Assembly: GCA_025594325.1 (NCBI GenBank)
Contig: JANHCV010000005.1
Location: 992,001 to 1,056,000, forward strand
From: Blastocladiella emersonii ATCC 22665
Lineage: Eukaryota; Fungi; Blastocladiomycota
Reading direction: 5' to 3'
DNA: 64,000 bases
The notes beneath the pieces are model-generated. The model was not told where the DNA came from. It searched no databases and saw only the letters and a program-made list of their open reading frames with translations. Position numbers and translations under genes: made by a program. Position 1 is the stretch's first letter. Every line of letters begins with the position of its first letter. Positions 56,714 through 64,000 of this stretch are shown here, in pieces.

Positions 56714-59199
56714 GCTGGTGATGTGGTTTTGGGAGTGGCGGTTGCTGGGTGCGTTGGACTGTGTGTCTTGGGAGAGAGCGCTGCGACCGACCGACCCTTC
56801 TTATACCGGAGCCGTGTTGGGCTCGTTGGTCGCCACGGGTCGCCGGCGGAGGCGAAACGCGCCCGCTTGCAGCGCTCCGTCGGAGCCCAGCGACCGCGCT
56901 GCGCCACTCCCCGTCGGGGCCCATCGGCACGCCACCTCGTCATCGCAGCGCCGCCGGGGCCGGCAGTTTGCTCGCAACTCAAGTGTGCGTGAAGCCGCGA
57001 CATGAGGGTATACTTTCCTGCTCACTCGTCTCAACACTCGTCCGTGTCACCGGGTAGGGCCAAAAGTGAACTGTTCTTGACGGCGAGTGGCATCGTATCC
57101 ACTCGACCAAGTTTCCACGGCCGGATACGCCGTTGGAGATGCTGTCGCTCACGTCGGGGACAGGCGAGAGCGCCGCGGGCAAAGTTGGCGGCTCAGCGCT
57201 CGCGTCCAGGTCCTCGGCAAATTACGAGTTCGGCAGCAGCAGCAGCCTTCGGTCCCACGTACGACATGTTCCCGCCCGGATCGCGGGCGGCCAACGAGGT
57301 CGAGCAGTACCGCCGACATCTCAAAATGAGAGCCTCGAGTATCGGACAAGTCATGCATGTACTCGGCGCTCTGTTATCCTGCCTTGCGTTCGAAGCAACC
57401 GAGGTCGAAGAAGGTAAGGCTCGAGGCCAAAGGAGGTAATGCTCGAGCCGGAGAGGACGGCGCTCTGCGATGCGGCCACGTTGGCGAGCGCGACCTCGAT
57501 CTGCATGGACGCTGCTGGTTTCGCGACATGAGCACACGTTCTCCGCTCGCGTGACAGGTCCCAAGAATGCGAGAGTAAGAGGGCGGGAGGCTGCACCGGG
57601 CCTGCGCGTTGCGCGAGTGCAGTCGCAGGGCGAGGCGCGGTGCACACGCAGCACCGGTCCCTGGCTGCTGCCCGCGGCAACGAGAGCGTGAATAGAAAGA
57701 CTCTTGAAGCGCGATGCAGCAAGTGACGGTTGGTTTTCATGCGATTCGTGGGTGGCAGAGCAGCGCAGGTGAGAGCAGCGACCGCCGGCTCGACGTGCCG
57801 CTCGTGGGCCGCCGGGGCGCCTCGTCCGGGTGGTGCTCAGGCACGGTTCGCAGGCAACTCGACAAGAAGAATCGCGGGGATCGCGTGAGCCAACGCGCGC
57901 TCTCGGGGGTCGGCATGTTCGCGGCGTTCTCACGCGGCGTTCTCACGCGGCGCGCGAGGAGAGAAGCGGGGGCAACTGCGTGCGCGTTGCATCGGGACGC
58001 GTCCATGGGCGTCGGGGAGCAGCTGCAACGCTCGTCGGCTCAAGATCTCTCTCCCTTGGAGCCATGCAGCAACATGGAAGCCGGCCATCTTCGAGCCCGC
58101 TGGCGACGCAGACGGGGGCGCGAGGCGAGTGGTCCACGCCGCGAAGAGCAGGATGGGATGTGTGACGTGAACGATGCTATAGATCGGTCGTGGGCGCCAT
58201 GAAGTACATGAGATGTGGATGCTGGTGGTTCTGCCGAGGACGAGAAGCGGTGGCGATCGCGCCCGTCCGAGACGCGAGAGAAACGGTCCGCGGCGTCCCT
58301 TCGGGGCCGGATCTCCTCGCGTGGCCGTGTGCACGCACCTCGGAAAGCGTCTCGTATAGCCACAGCTGCCGATCGAGTACGGTTGAAACGACCCGAACCA
58401 CCACACAGTCCTCCGAGCGCGCCGACGCAGCGGCAGGCGATCGGCGCGGCTGTGGGAGCGCCGTTGCGGGCAGTTGCGCTTAGTTATGTGCGGTGCATGG
58501 TGCCCCGGGACGCCTGTGAACGCGCCAGCAAGGCGAAAGCTCGGGGGAGCGGGGGGCCGCCGTTGTAAGGAGGGTGTGGGAGTGGCGGACCGCCACGCAC
58601 GCCGAGTCCGTGGTGATGCAATGTGGCGTAACGCGTCGATCGCGCGCCCGGCGACGTGCAGTGCCTTCTCTACGCCTCAGCGCGCGAGGGCGTGCGGTAA
58701 CTCGGGTGTGCCGATGAGAGCGACTTGATGGAACGCATTGCACTTGATGCTGGGGCGGCGCGTGGTGAAACGCGTCGCGTCGCGGAATCACGCCAGCGTC
58801 ACGTTTTGTCTCGCGGCCGCGGCTGCGGGAGACGCGTTTGCGGGTACACCGGCCACACGCTTGCCTCCCGAAACGCGACGCGTCGAATCTTCGGCGCGTC
58901 AAGCAACGTGTTCTCTCGCCACATGCGTTGACTCCTTTACGTGCAATGTCATCGACTCCCCGCCTTCCGCCGCGTGCTTCTGCAACACCACGCGCAACCG
59001 CTCTACGTTCTTGCGGCTCGCACCCGGGATCCACGCGTTCCAACCCGCGCGGGCGGACCGCTGGCTCAACGGGGCCGGGTCCCACCTGTCGCGGCCGGTT
59101 GTCGCACGACGAGTGGTACGGGCAGTGCGATGGTCGCAACGCCGAGCACTCCAGGCCCGTGCACCAACACCACGTCGCGTCCTCGGTCGTACTTGGCAA

Positions 59200-62100
59200 C
59201 TGCGCGTCCGGTACGCCAAGTGCATGCGCCGAGATGTCTGCTGACACGACGCCTGTCCGCCTAGTCGGCGACGACCTCAAGGAGATCCTGGGCATGGCCG
59301 GCCGAGCCCGCGACTGCCTGCAACTGGACTCATCGACCTCGCGTCGCGCTCGCCGAGTGATATCCACGCCAAGATGCAGGTCAAGTTCGACGCGGATCGC
59401 GCATCAACGGCGAGCGGTTCGGTACGCGGGCGCTTGAGGCACATTGCGCGGCTTGCACTAACATGAGCGCCGGTTCCCGTGTAGCAGCGACTTCAAACCC
59501 TCCCTCTCGGCCGCGCCGATGGCGGCTGTTCCCTTGCGACCATGTGCCGCTCACCTCCTGCCTGTACTCTTCCTCGCAATAACCTCGCTTCCCGACTTGA
59601 CCTCACTGCACGGTGGTACGTGTCCATGGCCTCGTCGTGACTGCCATTCCCACTCACGACCATCAGTCCGTTTCATATAGCCGCCGCGTGGCTACGCGCG
59701 CGCGAGTTCAAGGCCCGAGTCGTTTGGCTACGCTGCGACGATGCGTCAAGGCGACCGTGCTCACGGTCGGCGTACGGTATCCAGCTCGAGCCTGCGGCAC
59801 GGGTGCAAGATAGCGGCGTGCATTGCCTGGAATGGGACGTGTCGTTTCGTCGCTCGCCGCGGAACATGACTGATGATCACTCACATCTTGATGCTTCCTT
59901 TCACCAGACCGTTGTCGTGTCTCCCAATCCAACAGCTGGCGCTCCTCCGCGGCAACACACGGTGAACGAGTAACCGTACGCACGCGCTCAAGGTCGGGAT
60001 CTGCGCGGGCCAGATTGCGCACGAGAAGGTCGGCGCTCGCTCGAGGACTCGCTGCTGATCGAGATCGAGGTCGAGGGCGCGACCATGGCCGTGCCTCGGG
60101 TCGCTAGCCACGGGCCGATTGACGAGCGACCGTGGGCAGCTCAAGCTGGCTGTCACCGTCTCCTATGTCGAGCTCACGCGCTGGGTACAATCCGAGCGCG
60201 AGTGGCTGGCGGCTAAGGTGCGGTACGCGGGGATTCCGTCGCAATCCGCAGACTCATGACGCCTCGCTCGAATCTAGGGCGAGGTCAACGCCACGACTAC
60301 CGCCACAAGAGGCGCCGCTGGGCCTCGCTCCTTCGACGACCGCCAGCGAGCAGCAGCAGTGGGGCAGCGTGCAGGACTCGGAATCGAGCCAGCGACACTC
60401 GCACCGTGGCCCTGTCTGTCAAGCATGTCCGGCCGAGTCGCGACGCGAGCCACCTTCAGTCGGCGGCGAGCGGCGAGCGGCGAGCGGCGAGCGGCGAGGG
60501 CGCAGGCTATCGTCGACCTGGGACGTGTCATTGCTCTGGATCCCTCACCCGCGCACACGGATCATCACTCATCGCTGCTCTGCGCTCTAGAAACCCGCTG
60601 CGTGCTTCGCCCGAGTACTTTCAACAGCTGGACAGCTCTCGGACCTTTGCGGGCACGTTATGACCATCGCCAGCGCCCGCCTCGCGTTACTCTCTTACCA
60701 GCGTCGATCCAGTTCAATCACTCGTTGCCGTGGCCGGGCTCGCCGCCGCCGCACGGACGGGTGGGCGGTGGCACTACTACGGGGTCACGCTGCAGATCGG
60801 TGACCGCGTCGCGGGAAATGACGCATCGCTCGGGTGTAGGGAGTGCACGATCCACGGCAGCGACGAGCCGCTCGACACTGGGCTTCCGAACGGCGGCGAA
60901 CCTGGTACGCCGCGCCTTCCTCCTCCGATCAAGCCCTCGCCCAAAACCGTAACCGCTGACATTCGTTCCCGGTCACTGACACATGCTACGGTTCATTGCT
61001 CGGCCCGATCTGGTCGAACGCGCGCATTGCCGCCCTGACGCGAGGTCTCCGCAGAGTATCGCGCGTTGACCGCTCGCGACCAGCGTGCCTCGTACACAGC
61101 CTCGCCGTTCCCATCTCCGAGTAACCTACACGCCGAACGAGAAGGTCAAGGCTCGACGAGTACCAGGAATCAACAGCAGCTCGGTACGCGTGGCCAAAAG
61201 TATCGCACGGCGTGTACTGACTCGCGCGACTGACTGCATCCGTGTAGCTCAATCGACCGGCCATCGGGCTTCTTCTTTCCTCGCTCGACTCGTACAGCAT
61301 GCCGCTCGACCCTGCCAGAGCGAGCACTCGAGACGGCGACATCCATCACCTGGCATGGGACGTGTCGTTCACCTTGTCGCTTGGTCGCCACAGTACGTCA
61401 CAACACTGCTGAATGACCGATCACTCACATTTTGCTCGTGGGTGTAGCTCGTCTACTTCCTCACCGTAACCTCGTCGTATCTCTCGATCCATCTGCAGCT
61501 ACCTCCATGGGCGACACTCGGGGACACTCGACGACCAAGAGCCAGGACGCGCGCGCGCTCAAGGGCGGCAGCATCGGTGCGGGCGAGTTCGATCGCGCTC
61601 AAGAACTCGCTGGTCCAGATCCAGCAGGGCGCGACCATGGCCATGGTCATGGCCATCGTGGCTCGGGCCGCGGACCGCACGGCAAGCAGCAGCAGCTCAA
61701 GCTGGCCACCATCAACTCCGAGATCACGCTGACGCGCAGTGGGCAAGCCGGCCAGGCCGTCAAGCGACTCTGGCCATGGCGCGACGTGATCCAGGCCGAG
61801 TCGGGGGTGGCGGCGGGCGTCGGGCGGCGGGCGGCGCAGGCCGTCGTCAACCTGGGACGTGTCATCGCGCTGGATCCCTCTCTCGCGCGGACACGGACGA
61901 TCGCTCACGCTACTCGCTCGCTCGATCACCGCGCTGCTCTAGAAACCCACCGTGTGTCTCGACCGCATTGTATCAACAACCCGACCATTCTCGATGTTTG
62001 ATTGGCCGTCGTCTCGGCCATGGCCATCGCGTGCGTTCGCGTCGTGATCCTGCCCCGGCCAGCACTCCTCCACGTCGATCCAGGGCAACGTCGCGCCGCT

Positions 62101-64000
62101 GTTGCAGCAGCACGGCCCATCCGGGTCTGGCGGCGGTAGCGGTAATACAACAAAGGTATGCTACGGATCGACTACCGCGTCACGGGAAATGACGCGTCGC
62201 TCGGTCCTAGTAGACATTCAGCTCGCCATGTACACGGCCTCGGGCGGCGGTGTTCCTGCTCCATGGTTTCCGCAGCCCCTGTGCGTGTCTCGACAACAAC
62301 GACTACCTCACGCTCGCCCGCCCGCCGAATGATCTCCTCCTTGCCGACAAGGTCGACCTCGACGTGGGCCGCGTCTCCAGTAGCAAGCAGCTCGGTTCCG
62401 GTACGCGTGGCGTGGTCGAGACCGCCACACGACTCGCGCTAGCACGCGACCGCATCTGTGTAGCTCAGTCGACCAATTGACCGACCAATCTCGTCCTGCC
62501 CAAGCTCGCACACGTTCGGCGGCGCCTTTGCTACCTCCGGTACGCCAAAGGCACGCTTTCTGGCGTCTGCTGACGTGATGCGCATCGTTACAGACCTCCT
62601 ACAACAACATCAAGAAGCCTTTCGGCGGCTCCACCTCCTCGAGTCGGAACGGTACGTGTCCTGTTCTCCCTCGAGGCGCTCTCATCGAAAACGCGTCGCT
62701 TTGCGCTCGTCATCCAGCTGTCCAGTTTGTTTCGCGTTACGGCCTCAAGTTCTCGACGGACCGTTTGCACGTCCGGCTCTCGAGTCCGGCCAGCCATGTC
62801 GCTCGATGGCGACGACGACGCGAACACGCGCTCGCCGAGGCGATCCGGGTGCCAAGATGCAGGTCAAGCTCGACGCGGATCGCGTAGATCCCGGTACGGC
62901 AGCAGCAGTTTGGTGACGGTGCGCGCGTGTTCACAAAAGATCCGCCACTCGGCTCAACACTGACCTGGGTCGGCGGCTTCCGCGTAGCAGCAACGACATC
63001 AAGCTCGCACTTGGGCGTGCTGGCCGCGGCGTCGGCCGGCTGTTCCGCGACCATCAACCGCTCCTCGTGTTTCTCGCCCAGTTCTCGCAGCAAGGTCGTT
63101 TCCTCCAGGCATTTCCTTCAAGCATGGCGGTGGCGGCGGTACGTGTCCATGGCCTCTTCGTGGTCGTCATGCCCTCATCGCTCACTCTTGACGACCGACC
63201 GTGTAGTCGCGGTGCGCGGCTGCTCGCGGAGGCTGTGCGCGCAAGTTCGAGGGACCGAGTCGCTCGACTACTACAACAACACGCTACGACAACGCGTCAA
63301 GTCGGCCACGCTCAAGTTCAACACTCAACAGTCAACAATCGACACTCAGCACTCACGTTCAACGTACGGCATGACGCTCTCGACTGACCGTGCAGCGCGC
63401 AAGTCCAAGACGGCGGGCGGCGTACATTTCCCAGCATGGATGGTACGTGTCGTTTTGCGTCGGTCGCCGCCACGAAAGGTATTACCGACGATCACTCACA
63501 TTTAGCTGTTGCCGCATCTCTCCAGATCCTCACTGTGTCGCGCGATTGAGGCACTGGCTCCCCACGGCGACACGGCACACCACGACCGAGAACCAGCACG
63601 CGCACGCTCAAGGGCAGCGGCAGCATCGGGCGTGGGCCCTCATTGAGAAGCTCGCGCTCATGGAGAAGATCATCACATACACGCTCGTTCGAGGACTCGC
63701 TTGAGGACTCGCTCGCTGATCGAGATCCGGCGCGCGACCATGGCCAAGGGTCGCGGTCGTGGCCATCATGGACTCGCTTGGGCCGTGGGTCGTCTGGGAA
63801 GGAGCAGCAGTGCAAGCAGACCATCGTCGTCGTCCATCCCCGAGACCACGCGCGCCAGGTGCGCAAGTCGGACAATCGGTAGCGTGTATGGTACGCGAAG
63901 AGTCCATCGCCATCCACAGAATAGCGACTGACGCGTCGCTCAGGGCTAGGGCGAGTACGGCACCACGACTTCTGCCCGACCAACACTAACGGCCAAGCTC
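59200..64000 (+). pseudogene. Decayed intron-rich modular repeat (three partial copies; runs off the window)
   Basis: Homologous blocks, e.g. GCCAAGATGCAGGTCAAG.TCGACGCGGATCGCG at 59368 and 62851 and GATCACTCACAT near 59875, 61420 and 63490; many intron-like segments; no long ORF. Confidence 0.55.

Overview
Eukaryotic, GC-rich, gene-dense DNA with short 56-90 nt spliceosomal introns (GTACGY...CTRAC...YAG). Gene content (fungal-type RIB1, ILV2, ILV5, an Ecl1-like gene, and a C19orf44/DUF4614-like gene) suggests a zoosporic fungus such as Blastocladiomycota or a chytrid; this is inference. Housekeeping blocks: 1-10.8 kb (sugar porter end, RIB1, DUF4614 protein, Gemin2, MTR3, NmrA-like) and 36-44.5 kb (UTP6, divergent ILV2/ILV5, BCP1), then an Ecl1-like gene, a Gln/Ala-rich gene and an aldo-keto reductase. 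An accessory island at 11-35.3 kb holds five paralogs of an unknown F-box-like gene with one conserved intron, an inserted PIF/Harbinger DNA transposon and a full-length, decayed Ty1/copia LTR element. 59-64 kb is a decayed, intron-rich modular repeat. Best leads: (1) two tandem tRNA-scaffold RNAs at 6828-7125 (minus strand) in which the anticodon and variable arms are replaced by one long hairpin that differs completely in sequence between copies; (2) a classic -1 frameshift cassette (G GGA AAC, 7-nt spacer, 10-bp stem) joining gag to pol in a copia element with non-TG/CA LTR ends; (3) the F-box-like array and its fixed-spacing upstream motif. All assignments come from reading the sequence by eye; no database searches were run.
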